Assembly (NCBI RefSeq): GCF_009914755.1
Contig: NC_060938.1
Length of the DNA stretch: 64,000 bases
From: the human T2T-CHM13v2.0 reference genome, Homo sapiens
Direction: 5' to 3' (one strand)
A program made the position numbers and the translations under genes. The notes below the pieces were generated by a model. That model worked only from the letters and a program-made list of their open reading frames with translations, did no database searches and was not told the DNA's origin. Of this stretch, positions 30,425 to 43,465 are shown one piece after another; the first letter of the stretch is position 1, and each line of letters starts with the position of its first letter.

Positions 30425-31550
30425 TTTTTGATGGGGGTGGAGACAGAGTCTCGCTCTGTCTCCCAGGCTGGAATGGAGCAGCATGATCTCTGCTCACTGC
30501 AGTCTCCACCTCCTGGGTTCAAGCAATTCTCTTGCCTCAGCCTCCTGAATAGCTGAGATTACAGGCACATGTCACCATGCCCAGCTAATTTTTTGTATTT
30601 TTGGTAGATGGGGTTTCACCATGCTGGCCAGGCAGGTCTCGAACTCCTGACCTCGTCATCTGCCCACCTTGGCCTCCCAAAGCGCTGGGTTGCAGGCGTG
30701 AGCCACCGAGCCCTGCCAAGTGGTTAGTTTTGTAATAACATGTAATGCCTTATATTTAAGTTATCTGTGTCATAACCCATCTGTTACTCTGTAGTGATAC
30801 AGCTTGAGGAGAAGAGAGCGTTTTTCAATTTGGATTTTATTCCGTCTAAGTGCAGCATCTTTCTCACAGTATGCTCTTAAGAATTTGTTGATGGGTGTGG
30901 TGGCTCACGCCTGTAATCCCAGCACTTTGGGAGGCTGAGGCGGGCGGATCATGAGGTCAGGAGATCGAGACCATCCTGGCTAACACGGTGAAACCCCCAT
31001 CTCTACTAAAAATACAAAAAAATTAGTCGGGTGTGGTGGCGGGAGCCTGTGGTCCCAGCTACTCAGGAGGCTAAGGCAGGAGAATGGTGTGAAACTGGGA
31101 GGCCAGAGCTTGCAGTGAGCTGAGATCACGCCACTGCATTCCAGCCTGGGCAACAGAGCAAGACTCCGCCTCAAAAAAAAAAAAAGAATTTGTTGAGCAA
31201 ATTAATTTAAGAAATAAAATGTTTGTTGAATACGTATCCATTGGAGACAGCTTTCAGAATGCTTGTGGTCAACTTATAAAGTTACTGCTAAGTTACATTG
31301 TTAAGGAGGCACAAGGCATGAAACTCACCTTGAATAGAGTTGCAGGAATTATGACCAAGAGCCAGGCATGTATGCACATGAGCATGGTTCTTGTATGTAT
31401 CTGAAAATGTGCACGGTATATGTTTACCAAGTAAGTCGTTAAAAACTTTGGGGCATGCACAACTATTGTAGCACAACTATTGTAGCACATTAGAAGCCAA
31501 CAATTTTCCCCACATAGAGGGAATAATCTAGACTTCTTAGAAAATAATAA

Positions 31551-31769
<219 letters not shown>

Positions 31770-32480
31770 TGACCTCATGATCCGCCCCCGCCTCGGCCTC
31801 CCATAGTGCTGGGATTACAGGAGTGAGCCACTGCGCCTGGCCAGAAAATTATTGATAAAGACCTACAAATACTTACTTTGATTCCTTGTTAGGGTTGTAA
31901 GTGTATGGTTTCTATAAGTGGTATGTATTCCTGCATTATAAGCACTCGTAGAAAGCAAATAGGAAATAAGCCATCATTACAGCCCCTAAACTCCCGATTC
32001 TTGCAGTTTGGTATATTTAGCAATCTGATGTTTTTGTTTGTTTGTTTAATCTACATACAATTTTGCTTTTTCTGAGTGGTAGCTATCACAATTAACTTAA
32101 AATTGTATTTTGCCTTTACTACGTAACTGAATTTTCAACTGTTTAAAAGAGTCGTTACTATTTGTGTACCTATTGAGCAAAACAGTCTGAAAACTTGTGA
32201 ATGGTTTGCAGATGTGTCGTATAGTGTGCTAGTCCTGAAATTTAGGGACCAGAATTTTTTAGCTATTAAGAAAAAGAAAATGAAAATGAAGTAGTATCTC
32301 AGGAATAGTTAAATAAAAAAATGAAGCTTTTCTGATGTTAAGAACAAAACCAATTCTGTGTTTAATAGGACTACAGAGATGTTTTTGAGAAAACATGTAT
32401 GTTTATTAACTCTTGTTGTAGAGTGATTTTGATTTTCTTGCTTGATTTTTCTTTCCCCTGAATTTGCTGTTTTGTTTAAG

Positions 32481-32666
32481 AATGCAAGGCCAGAAACTGT
32501 CACTAATGACGATGAAGAAGCCTTGGATGAAGAAACAAAGAGGAGAGATCAGATGATTAAAGGGGCTATTGAAGTTTTAATTCGTGAATACTCCAGTGAG
32601 CTAAATGCCCCCTCACAGGAATCTGATTCTCACCCCAGGAAGAAGAAGAAGGAAAAGAAGGAGGAC
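32481..32666 (+). CDS. RBM25: RBM25 exon 7
   Basis: ttgtttaag|AAT...GAC|gtatgt; NARPETVTNDDEEAL...KKKKEKKED. Confidence 0.96.
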
Positions 32667-32744
32667 GTATGTGTTCTGACAACAACATATCATTTCTACC
32701 GTTTGTTTTTTATGATATCACTCTTATACTTTGATTACATGTCA

Positions 32745-34481
32745 GTTTTCTTTTTTCTTTTTTTTTCTTTTTTTTTTTTTTTTTTTTTTTTTGAGATGGA
32801 GGCTCACTTTGTCTCCCAGGCTGGAATGCAGTGGTGCAATCTCAGTTCACTGTAACCTCCGCCTCCGGGGTTCGAGCGATTCTACTGCCTCAGCCTCCTG
32901 AGTAGCTGGGACTACAGGCATCCGCCACCATGCCCGGCTAATTTTTTGGTTTTTAGTAGAGACGGGGTTTCACCGTGTTAGCCAGGATGGTCTCAATCTC
33001 GTGACCTCGTGGTCGACCCGCCTCGGCCTCCCACAGTGCTGGGATTACAGGCGTGAGCCACCGTGCCCGGCCACATTTTAAACTTTTTTACAGAGACAAG
33101 GTCTCACTATGTTTTCTAGGCTGGTCTCCAACTCCTGGGTTCAGGTTATCCTCCTGCCTCCGCTTCCTAAAGTGCCAGGATTACAGTCATGAGCCACTGC
33201 GCCCGGCCCCTATTTTACTTTGTTTGCCTATGGTTGTTCTGTCTCTGTTCTAAGCAAGAAACCAGATCTGATTCACTGAAGATTTCCACCCACTCTTAAT
33301 TTTTAGCTGCCTTTCCTTAAGAAACTATGTCACATTCCCCTCCCTGAACAATAATGGTATTGAATAATCAAACTGGAGGATTCTGAAAGAGCAGTACAAC
33401 TTGAAACATTCCTCCTCAGTGAATTGATTGCTACCTCTTTGTGGCCCTAAGCTAATTGTCCAGGTTGAAAGAAAAGGTTTAGTTTTCTCATACTTATTTC
33501 CTTTGGATAAACTTAGATAAATTATAGGAAGTGTTCTTTTAAAAATACTGGAAGAAGCCAGAAGTGGTGGCTGACACATGTAGTCCCAGCAACTTGGGAG
33601 GCTGAGGGGAGAATTACTTGAGCCCATGAACTTGAGTCTAGCCTGGGCCACAGAGCGAGACCCTTCTATAAAGTAAGAAAAAAAATCCCACAAATATTGG
33701 AAGTGTTTTATTTATGTTTTTGAGACAGTATCTTGCTCTGTCACACAGACTGGAGGATGGTGGCGCAATTACGGCTCACTGCAGCCTTGAATACCCATCC
33801 TAAAGTGATCCTCATGTGTTAGCCTCCTGAGAAGCTGAGACTATAGGCATGTGCTACCATACCCAGCTAATTTTTGTATTTTTTGTAGAGACAGGGTTTC
33901 ACCATGTTGCCCAAGCTGGTGTTGAACTCCTGAGCTCAAATGATCTGCCTGCCTCAGCCTTCCAAAGTGCTGGGACTACAAGTGTGAATCACTCATAGCT
34001 GGCTCAACGTGTTTTATATGCATGCATTATGTAATAAAAAAGTACTACGTGGTATATATATTATGATTAGTTATGAATGGATGGTTACATTTTATATTAT
34101 TTTAAATTTCAGTGCCTTTTTAGGCCATATTCAGTTTTCTTTGTGGCCAGATACATACATTTTTATTATTTGGTATGTGTTTCCTCGTTTGGTCATAGAA
34201 CTTTTCTTTTTTGTTCCCGCCCCTACCCCCACCCAAGACGGAGTCTCACTCACTTGCCCAGGCTGGAGTGCAGCAGCTGCGATCTCAGCTCACTGCAAGC
34301 TCTGCCTCCCGGGTTCAAGCGATTCTCCTGCCTCAGCCTCCTGAGTAGCTGGGACTACACGTGCCTGCTGCCACGCCCAGCTACTTTTTTGTATTTTTAA
34401 TAGAGATGGGTTTCACTGTGTTAGCCAGGATGGTCTCGATCTGCTGACCTCGTGATCCGCGTGAGCCACCGTGCCCGACCC
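32745..34481. mobile_element. Intron 7 Alu/FLAM/FRAM cluster
   Basis: Alu consensus motifs. Confidence 0.85.
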
Positions 34482-34953
34482 ATAACTTTTCTAAGGAGGT
34501 GTATTCTGTTAGGAATGGTAATTGGTAGGGTCAGTAAGGTACAGGGTAATTGAGGCCTGTAGAATTCATTCTTCCTCTTTCTTCATTAGTGGGAAAGGAG
34601 AAAAATAACATATTTGTTTGATGTGGATTGGGAGGAGATAATAAATTCTTCCTCTGTGGCAGGAGTTATGGGTAAATATTGTTGGTATGATTAGAAAGCC
34701 CTGCTACTATGAGAGCACCTTCTATATTTCCATTTCTTGGGGGTGTTGGAGTATCCAGAGAGGAGGGTAGTGTGTGATCAGTTATTGTAAAAAGAGTGAA
34801 ATCACTTCTATTCCCAAGTAATTTGAAATCAAGAAAGCATCACAGAAGTGTACTGTATTGTTCACGTCATAAATGTATAGGGCATTGCTTTGCAGATTAG
34901 TATGAGCTCTGTTTTTCTTTTTTAAAAAAGATTCTTGGTGGATTTTTTCACAG

Positions 34954-35007
34954 ATTTTCCGCAGATTTCCAGTGGCCCCACTGATCCCTTATCCACTCAT
35001 CACTAAG
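34954..35007 (+). CDS. RBM25: RBM25 exon 8
   Basis: ttttcacag|ATT...AAG|gttagt; IFRRFPVAPLIPYPLITK. Confidence 0.94.
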
Positions 35008-35240
35008 GTTAGTTTAAATTGTAGGCTTTGACAATACCTGTGTTTACTGCTGATTGTTGATTTGTCATTCTTGTCTATCTGATTTTTCACTATTTAACTT
35101 TAGATTGTTAGATTTGTTATTGTGGATATTCTGTTTACTTATTTACTCTTTGAGACCTATACAGAATATCTAACCTTTAACTGTTTATATTGAAGTAGGG
35201 TGTTCTTTATTCATTCCCTCCTGTGCCCGTTTTCTTTTAG

Positions 35241-35324
35241 GAGGATATAAATGCTATAGAAATGGAAGAAGACAAAAGAGACCTGATATCTCGAGAGATC
35301 AGCAAATTCAGAGACACACATAAG
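35241..35324 (+). CDS. RBM25: RBM25 exon 9
   Basis: tttcttttag|GAG...AAG|gtagta; EDINAIEMEEDKRDLISREISKFRDTHK. Confidence 0.95.
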
Positions 35325-35809
35325 GTAGTATTCTTGTCTTTTCACTTGATACCAATCTAGACTTTTTACAGAATCCAAAGCAAAGAGACAAAAAAAATCA
35401 ACCTTAAATTAGAATATAATTTTAAATGTTTTTTATAGGTTTAATTGATATTTAGATAGAAAAAAGAAACAGAAGACCAATACCATATTAAAGTGGTCCT
35501 TGACATGTTGTGCTTAGTTTTTTCAGTTACTGACTATTCTGCAGTCATCTCACTTTAATATGAATAGAAGCTAATTTTATTTTTAGATTTCAACATAAAC
35601 ATCAAGGTCAGACTTAAATTAGATTCAGGGGGCAGCAGGATAACATACACTGTAGTGTATTTCTGGGGGCAGTTATTTAACTTGATCTTAGGAATACCTT
35701 TTCTTTAGAGCTGAGATTAAAATTTACATTTTATATTTGTATAGATTTAAGTTGAGTGGGGGAGATTTTAAACAGTAGGTCAGTGGTTACCAGACTTACC
35801 AAATTTTAG

Positions 35810-35936
35810 ATGCATGGAAGAACTGTAAATTCCCATAAAGCTAATCTATTCATTGACCCCCACCATTATGATAGAGATCATATGGTGACTAATGCAAGAT
35901 GAAACTCTCAGCTTGGAAAGTAACAAGGAATAGGAT
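35810..35936 (+). other. Candidate poison exon 9A (127 nt)
   Basis: aattttag|ATG...GAT|gtaagt; in frame with exon 9: MHGRTVNSHKANLFIDPHHYDRDHMVTNAR then TGA at 35900-35902. Confidence 0.55.
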
Positions 35937-36873
35937 GTAAGTATGAGCTTCTGTTTTTTATTATATTTATGGATGCCCCCTCAGAAAAATATGCAAAGGG
36001 GTAACTGGCTTGGAAATGGGTATTTATGCATAGTAAATCCCACTCACGAGTTTTGCCTATTTGAAGCTTCTCTCAATGACAGTGCATCTGTGAATGTTCG
36101 CTGGTGTTGAAAATGATGCTTTTGAACGGTGCAATGCAAACACTGCATGAAATGTATTTTGATGGTCGAGATAATAAGGTGTTGCTGGTTCTTACTGATA
36201 GACTGAGAGATCTTTAACTCAGTGAAATGTTAAATGTTCATTTTCTCTTTTATTCTTACTTTTTCCCATTGCTTTCAAAATCTGCAGTTCACAAATAATG
36301 CCAATGAATCAGTGCTGCTGAACACTTACTATCCAGATGCCCAGCCCTTGCTCACAAACACAATGCTTTTTCAAGAATTAAATGTGTCTAAGAGCACAAA
36401 CATAATTCTCCCAAAATTAATTTTGAGAGTTGAAAAGGTGGTCTATGGGAAATCATTTTAGATGAATAATTTTGGTTAGGTATAATACTGAAATTCAGGA
36501 CCGAGTAAGCTTAAAAATGGTATATGGTTGTGTGTGTGGTTTACCCCCTTTTTGTTTTTATTTATTTGTTAAACCCTGTCATGTTATTGGTAAATTATGA
36601 GGAAATCATGTTTTAAGAAAAATTCAAAAATATATTTGCTTTAAAGTTTGGGAATCTGTTAGGCATTTTACTGCCTTAGTATTATTTCACTGGAGGGAAT
36701 GTTTTGAATTTTCAGAATGTCTTTTCAAAATAAAAAGAAATCAAAATGAAAAACCAAAACAGTTGTTTTTTATTGGGTGGTTTGGCTAAAAGGGTTGTTT
36801 GAAACTCCAGTAACAAAAAATGAGCTCAGTGAACCTTTGCATGTTTTGGTATGAGTTTATTAAATAACCACAG

Positions 36874-36941
36874 ACTGTCAGGGTATCAGCGTGGCAGGGG
36901 GCGTCCATTTACAGCACGGATGAGTCTGAAGAGAGAATAAG
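36874..36941 (+). other. Candidate frameshifting/decoy exon 9B (68 nt; acceptor uncertain)
   Basis: Strong donor AAG|gtaaga; GC- and purine-rich body in AT-rich context; weak acceptor ataaccacag. Confidence 0.45.
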
Positions 36942-37555
36942 GTAAGATTTATGATTTTTTAATCTGTCCTTTCCTCTTCATGACTTTCTTACATAATTTT
37001 AGACTCACCTCATTTCCCTTCTCCAGTCTTTCTTTAAAAATATACATGTATATGTTTACATGTATACCTGTATTTGTATACATGTGTGTATATATATATA
37101 TATATATATCTCATATATAAACTTCAGGAAACATTTAGTATGGACTAGATTCACTCACTTTTTCATTTACTTAGAACCAAACTTTTGAAATGAGTTCTGA
37201 AACAAATGGTTATTTATATAACTGAATATAAGGAGCACAGTGAAATAAGCAAGAATTAAAAATTGAGGAATTCTACAGGAAAAATTAGTATTGGAACAGC
37301 TAAAATATTCTGTAAGTATCTATTTCAGAAATAAACAAATTTCTTTATAAGTGTATGCCATTGAGGTAAGTTTTATATAGTCTAGCCTCATTTTACAATA
37401 TAAATTTTTATATTCATTGGAACTGTTTCAGAAATGAGATTTTTCCCCCTTTAATAGCTGTTAGTTTCTGTCCTCTTTCTATCATATCTTATTTCATCCC
37501 TTTGTAATTTCAATGTATTCAGTTTTGACTTTGCCCGTATTCTACTTCGATATAG

Positions 37556-37657
37556 ACTGGCACAGCAACTGAATATATTGCTCATACATTAGCTTTCCTT
37601 TCATAACCTGCTATAAGTTCTCTGATCCATGAGGAAGAGAAAAAGAGTATCTGACAG
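37556..37657 (+). other. Candidate poison exon 9C (102 nt)
   Basis: ttgac...tattctacttcgatatag|ACT...CAG|gtaaga; in-frame TAA at 37604-37606; GAR-rich 3' half. Confidence 0.55.
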
Positions 37658-38767
37658 GTAAGATTGCTTTTTAAAGTTGTTTTAAATGCATTACATGACT
37701 GAGAAAAGAAAAATGCACATTTTATTGTTGCAGTTTAAAATTTCATTTTGGTGAAACTAAACGTGAAACAAAAGGGATAAATGTGTTTTGTTTTGTTTTG
37801 TTTTACCTGTTTGGGGTATTTTTTTCTGAGTTTGTGTAGAAACCGTGTGGTACACTGGTAATCTTGTCAGGGTACAAACTTGGTCTGACTTTGTTATTTG
37901 GTTTATTTGTGAACCATGTACTTGCTCTTCCTCCCAGAAACATAGCTTGTAGGCAAGGTTAATCCAGTGTTGGCGATCCATGTCCTAGCACAGCATCTGT
38001 AAGTTAATGCACAATCGTTCCTTCCAAGGATGGATTTATCATTGTAAATATATTTTCATTGTCTTACAGGCATAATGGGCATAAGTATGTTGCTTTTAAA
38101 TATTTTAAATTAAACTATTACAGTTACATATATTTTGCTTGAAGTGAGTGATTTTCAAACTTTTTGTATTTGGTGGGCTGTCCATCTTGTAATGGTGGGA
38201 GTAAATGTTTCCATAGATGATAAGGCAGTTCTTGGCTGAATTCAGCTTGTGTTTCTTTTGGAGGGTGGGCAAATCAGAGGGCAGAGATTATTTAGTTGCA
38301 TTATAGGTATTCTTCTATACCACTTGCCCTTTGAAACCCTCAACTTGAGGTAATGTGCAGTCTGGGGTTTTAATTAGTATTAATAATCTTGTGGATTTAC
38401 AGAAATCTATAATGCACAGAGTTGAGTTTTAACCAATGATCGTATTCATAGAAAATATTTCGAACCACCACATTCTTCATGGTCATTTTAGTTAGTACAT
38501 AGTCATTGAGTGGCCAGCCACACCTGACACAATCTCCCAGCATCCAAGATTGGAGATTCCTGGTCTGTGTAGAGTATATGGTTTTGCACGAAATCTTTCT
38601 AGTCTTGTGATTGCTTCAGTTTAATTTGTCACATAAAACCACAAGTATTTAATATTAATGTATCAGTGGTTTGGTGTTTTTGTTCCCAGTACTGGGCTTT
38701 GCGCCGGGAAAAATCTGAATACTGGAGCTACAGAGTTAACTCTAAAAGTGCTTTTATTGGTTTCTAG

Positions 38768-39054
38768 AAACTGGAAGAAGAGAAAGGCAAAAAGGAAAAA
38801 GAAAGACAGGAAATTGAGAAAGAACGGAGAGAAAGAGAGAGGGAGCGTGAAAGGGAACGAGAAAGGCGAGAACGGGAACGAGAAAGGGAAAGAGAACGTG
38901 AACGAGAAAAGGAGAAAGAACGGGAGCGGGAACGAGAACGGGATAGGGACCGTGACCGGACAAAAGAGAGAGACCGAGATCGGGATCGAGAGAGAGATCG
39001 TGACCGGGATAGAGAAAGGAGCTCAGATCGTAATAAGGATCGCAGTCGATCAAG
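38768..39054 (+). CDS. RBM25: RBM25 exon 10 (RE/RD repeat domain)
   Basis: gtttctag|AAA...AAG|gtaagg; [26 protein letters not shown]...[17 protein letters not shown]; phase 2. Confidence 0.96.
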
Positions 39055-39459
39055 GTAAGGCTTTACAGAAGTTACTGTTTCCTGATAGCTTTAAGAAAAC
39101 TATCGGGTAGTCCTCCAGAGTACCATTTGCATTCATGGAATGAGAACTTTTGTGTGTGTGTGAGACATTCTCACTCTGTCACTCAGCCTGGACTGCAGTG
39201 GCTGAGCAATCTCCGCCTCCTGGGTTCAAGTGATTCTCATTCCTCAGCCTCCCAAGTAGCTGGGATTACAGGTTCATACCACCATGCCCAGCTAATTTTT
39301 TGTATTTTTGGTAGAGATGGGGTTTTGCCATGTTAATCAGCCTGGTTTTGAACTCCTGGCCTCAAGTGATCCGCCTGCCTCAGCCTCCCTAAGTGCTGGG
39401 ATTATAAGCGTGAGTCACTGTGCCCAGCCTGAGAATTTTTTTAGAGACAACATGGTCTT

Positions 39460-39546
<87 letters not shown>

Positions 39547-39570
39547 CTCTCTCTCTCTCTCTCTCTCACT
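39460..39570 (+). repeat. Compound microsatellite (GTCT)n(CT)n(CA)n(CT)n
   Basis: Direct observation. Confidence 0.92.
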
Positions 39571-39868
39571 ATGGGTAAAAGTAATAATTTTCAACTCTGG
39601 TTAATTTCTGTCTGAAGCCACTTTTTATAGAAACACAGTGGCCACTCAATGTTCTGGGCAGACATGACTCCCTGCTGTCTCCTTGGGTCCGTGGGCATTT
39701 TTAAAGTTGCTCTTTTTGTTGAAGTTCTGTATACTGAGACATCAGCTCTAGCACCACGTCTTTTTAGCCCCTAGCATTTTTATTTGTTTTTGTAGCCCAC
39801 TGCACTGCCATAGCTTAATCTTTCTGTCTATAAATTTACTATCTACCTCTACCTCTGGCTCCTAGTAA

Positions 39869-40143
<275 letters not shown>

Positions 40144-40586
40144 TGAGCTCAGGTAATCTGCCTGCCTCAGCCTCCCAAAGTGCTGGGATTACAGGCGTGA
40201 GCCACCATGCCCGGCCTTATATTGAATTATTTTGATGAGTCATCTCACTGTTGAATAATGAGGTATAGCAAACATGAACAAAGGAAGAGGAGAAAGCAGC
40301 AAGGAAGAGAGAAAAAGCTCCTTTTTCTTCAGGCTAGTTTAAAAATATACATTACTGTGTTGCAGTTTCTTACTTGATTATGGCTGGAGGGAGTTCCACT
40401 TTAGGTCATTTCACCTAGTTGCTAGAACTGGAAACCCAGAGCTCTCAACCTTCAGTAGGCATTAAAATTATTTCATTCTGTCCATTCCTGATACAGTCAT
40501 TGAGAGGTTGGTATGTGTAAAATCCATCTCTTATATTTATGGCATAAGTGTATCCATAAAGAACATATTTCATATATACATATTAA

Positions 40587-40588
<2 letters not shown>

Positions 40589-40631
<43 letters not shown>
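40589..40631 (+). repeat. (AC)n microsatellite
   Basis: Direct observation. Confidence 0.92.
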
Positions 40632-40635
<4 letters not shown>

Positions 40636-41425
40636 TATTTGATTAGATCCTTGGTATCATGCTGTATGTAATCTGCAGTTTGGTTTTATTACTTTTTTTT
40701 TTTTTTTTTTTGGAGACGGGCTGGAGTGCAGTGATACAGTCATAGGTCACTGTAAGCTCCAAGTCCTGGGCTCATGGGATCTTCCCACATCAGCCTCTGG
40801 AGTAGGCAGGACTACAGGCACGTGCCACCATGCCTCCTGGCCTCAAGCAGGCCTCCTACCTCGGCTTCTTAAAATGTTGGGATTAGATTTTATCACTCTT
40901 AATTAAATATTTGAGAACTTTCAGTGCTGATACTTATAAAAGTTCTAACTTAATCCATGCAACATGTCAGAATTCTGTTTTCCACATGTGCCAGCACTTA
41001 CTCCTTGATCTCTAGTAAGCTAAACTATCTCTTAACATATTCATTAGTCCTTCATATTTCTTTTGGGAATTAAGTTTTCCTTTTTTCTGTTTTACACCAT
41101 CAGGGGATTGACTATTATTTCAGTATATGATGGGCATTAACTAACCATTCATTTTAATGATTTATAACTATTTTATATTCAGATTGTATTTGTTTTCTGA
41201 CATACCAGTAAGCATTAGGTATTAGAATGCATTTTAGGATTTGGGACTGCAATTTATGTCTTTCTGATGAGTGTAGAGGAGGTTACATAGTTTTATGGAA
41301 ATCAAGTGCTAGATTCTGGCCTGTGAGATTTTATATTATTTCATAATGTATGTTGTCCTCCTTTACTTTGGTCTTGAAAACAGAAAGTAGACTGACAGAT
41401 TTGTAAAATATTTTGTTTACATTAG

Positions 41426-41648
41426 AGAAAAAAGCAGAGATCGTGAAAGGGAACGAGAGCGGGAAAGAGAGAGAGAGAGAGAACGAGAGCGAGAACGAGA
41501 ACGGGAGCGAGAGAGAGAGCGAGAGAGGGAACGGGAGCGAGAAAGAGAAAAAGACAAAAAACGGGACCGAGAAGAAGATGAAGAAGATGCATACGAACGA
41601 AGAAAACTTGAAAGAAAACTCCGAGAGAAAGAAGCTGCTTATCAAGAG
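41426..41648 (+). CDS. RBM25: RBM25 exon 11 (RE repeats)
   Basis: tttacattag|A...GAG|gtaagt; (R)EKSRDRERERE...YERRKLERKLREKEAAYQE. Confidence 0.96.
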
Positions 41649-41762
41649 GTAAGTTGAGAAAATGCCTTTATTCTTAAATCTTGATATCCCTTAATAGGTT
41701 AATCAATATTTATAGAATGCTATGTATAAATTTTTAAAGCTTTGAAAATTTAATTTTTTTAG

Positions 41763-41852
41763 CGCCTTAAGAATTGGGAAATCAGAGAACGAAAGAAAAC
41801 CCGGGAATATGAGAAAGAAGCTGAAAGAGAAGAAGAAAGAAGAAGAGAAATG
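41763..41852 (+). CDS. RBM25: RBM25 exon 12
   Basis: tttttag|CGC...ATG|gtaaga; RLKNWEIRERKKTREYEKEAEREEERRREM; follows a 114-nt intron. Confidence 0.95.
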
Positions 41853-42572
41853 GTAAGATTCTAGGCTAAAATAAGTGATTTTTCAGGTAAAAAGTCAGAT
41901 TGTATCTTTACTGCTAACTACAAGTAACTTAATAATTGAAATGCACAAGCTTCTCTATTCATGTATAATTTAATTTTTATGTATTTTGAGTAATTTTGAG
42001 CCAATTTAAGTACACCAAAATCTTTTTTCCTCTTCAAATTTTTGCTGCATCTAAAGTTATCTTTTTGTATACCATCAAAGTAAATTTGTCATATAGTAAT
42101 ATTTAAGTCAAGAATTTATTAACTTATTTTTAAGAATCTGCATATTTTTAAAATTGTTGAACTGTTGTTATTAGATATAATAGTTGCATTTGAAATTCCG
42201 TAAGTTAAGAGATTCATTTTATCTCATGGATTGTTTACTATTGGTTTAGAGTTGGGGGGCATTACCTTTAAATTGATTGATGAACATGATTTAAATTTCT
42301 GCGTTTCTTAAAAACTATTTCTTATAGTATCATCTACCTTAAAAATGGAATTAAAAACCATATACATATACACATATACATACATGTATACATATATATG
42401 TATATACTTTTTTTTTTTTTTGTGGAGACGGAGTGTTGCTCTGCCACCCAGGCTGGGGTGTGATCTCGGCTCACTGCAACCTTCTCCTCCCAGGTTCAAG
42501 CGATAAGCGATTCTCCTGCCTCAGCCTCCCGAGTAGCTGGGATTACAGGCGTGTGCCACAACACCCAGCTAA

Positions 42573-42719
<147 letters not shown>

Positions 42720-43391
42720 TAATAAGATAATCTCCAGTTTTGTTGGTGTGCTTAGGTATTGTATTTTGAAGATTATATTCAAAGAGCATATTTATTGTAG
42801 CGTAGCGTATATATATAGTTTGCATTTTACAGATGCGTCCTCATTCAGACTTTTCTTAGAGGTAAAAAATTTAAAATGTCTAATGTGACCTATACTTAAT
42901 ATATGGAGTATATGAAAACTAAAATTTAAGAGGACAAGAAAAATCTTTTTTTTAACCAAAGTATTATTATATTTATTATGGCATAGAGTGGTATTTTATA
43001 CATATCTCATTTTACAGTAAAAACATTTTATGTACAACTGTAGAGAGATAGCTGCACAGATAGCTCCAACTTAAATTAGAAAATATTTTCTCTATAGAAA
43101 ATAATAAAAACACCGTTTCCCAGGCTAGCCCAACAAGTTTATTTAAACCAAATAGCTGAATACATATACATTTATAAATATGGTTTGAATTCTGGGATCC
43201 AGGAGAAACTTTAGTTTCATTTATTGAAACGGCCATGTTTGTCTTAAAATTATGTGAAGAGAAATTCCTATAAGTCTCCCTCTTACTCTTGGTTTATGTC
43301 TGGGTCAGAAAAATCTGTTTACACAAAAAAGGGAAGAGTAATCTTTATTACTTGTATGTTAATTTTATACATTGTCCTTATTTCCTCAAAG

Positions 43392-43465
43392 GCCAAAGAA
43401 GCTAAACGACTAAAAGAATTCTTAGAAGACTATGATGATGATAGAGATGACCCCAAATATTACAG
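43392..43465 (+). CDS. RBM25: RBM25 exon 13
   Basis: tttcctcaaag|GCC...CAG|gtaaag; AKEAKRLKEFLEDYDDDRDDPKYY. Confidence 0.95.

Noticed and set aside
31457-31489. 14-bp tandem duplication GCACAACTATTGTA and a nearby CAA|gtaagt donor (31431)
   Set aside because: Simple slippage; no convincing acceptor pairs with the donor
35855-36065. Two hairpins read as an H/ACA snoRNA
   Set aside because: Spacing is too long and there is no ACA box after the second hairpin
36112-36208. Possible C/D-box snoRNA (ATGATGC...CTGA)
   Set aside because: C box is imperfect, there is no terminal stem and no recognisable guide. The three TGCATG motifs in the intron fit splicing control better.
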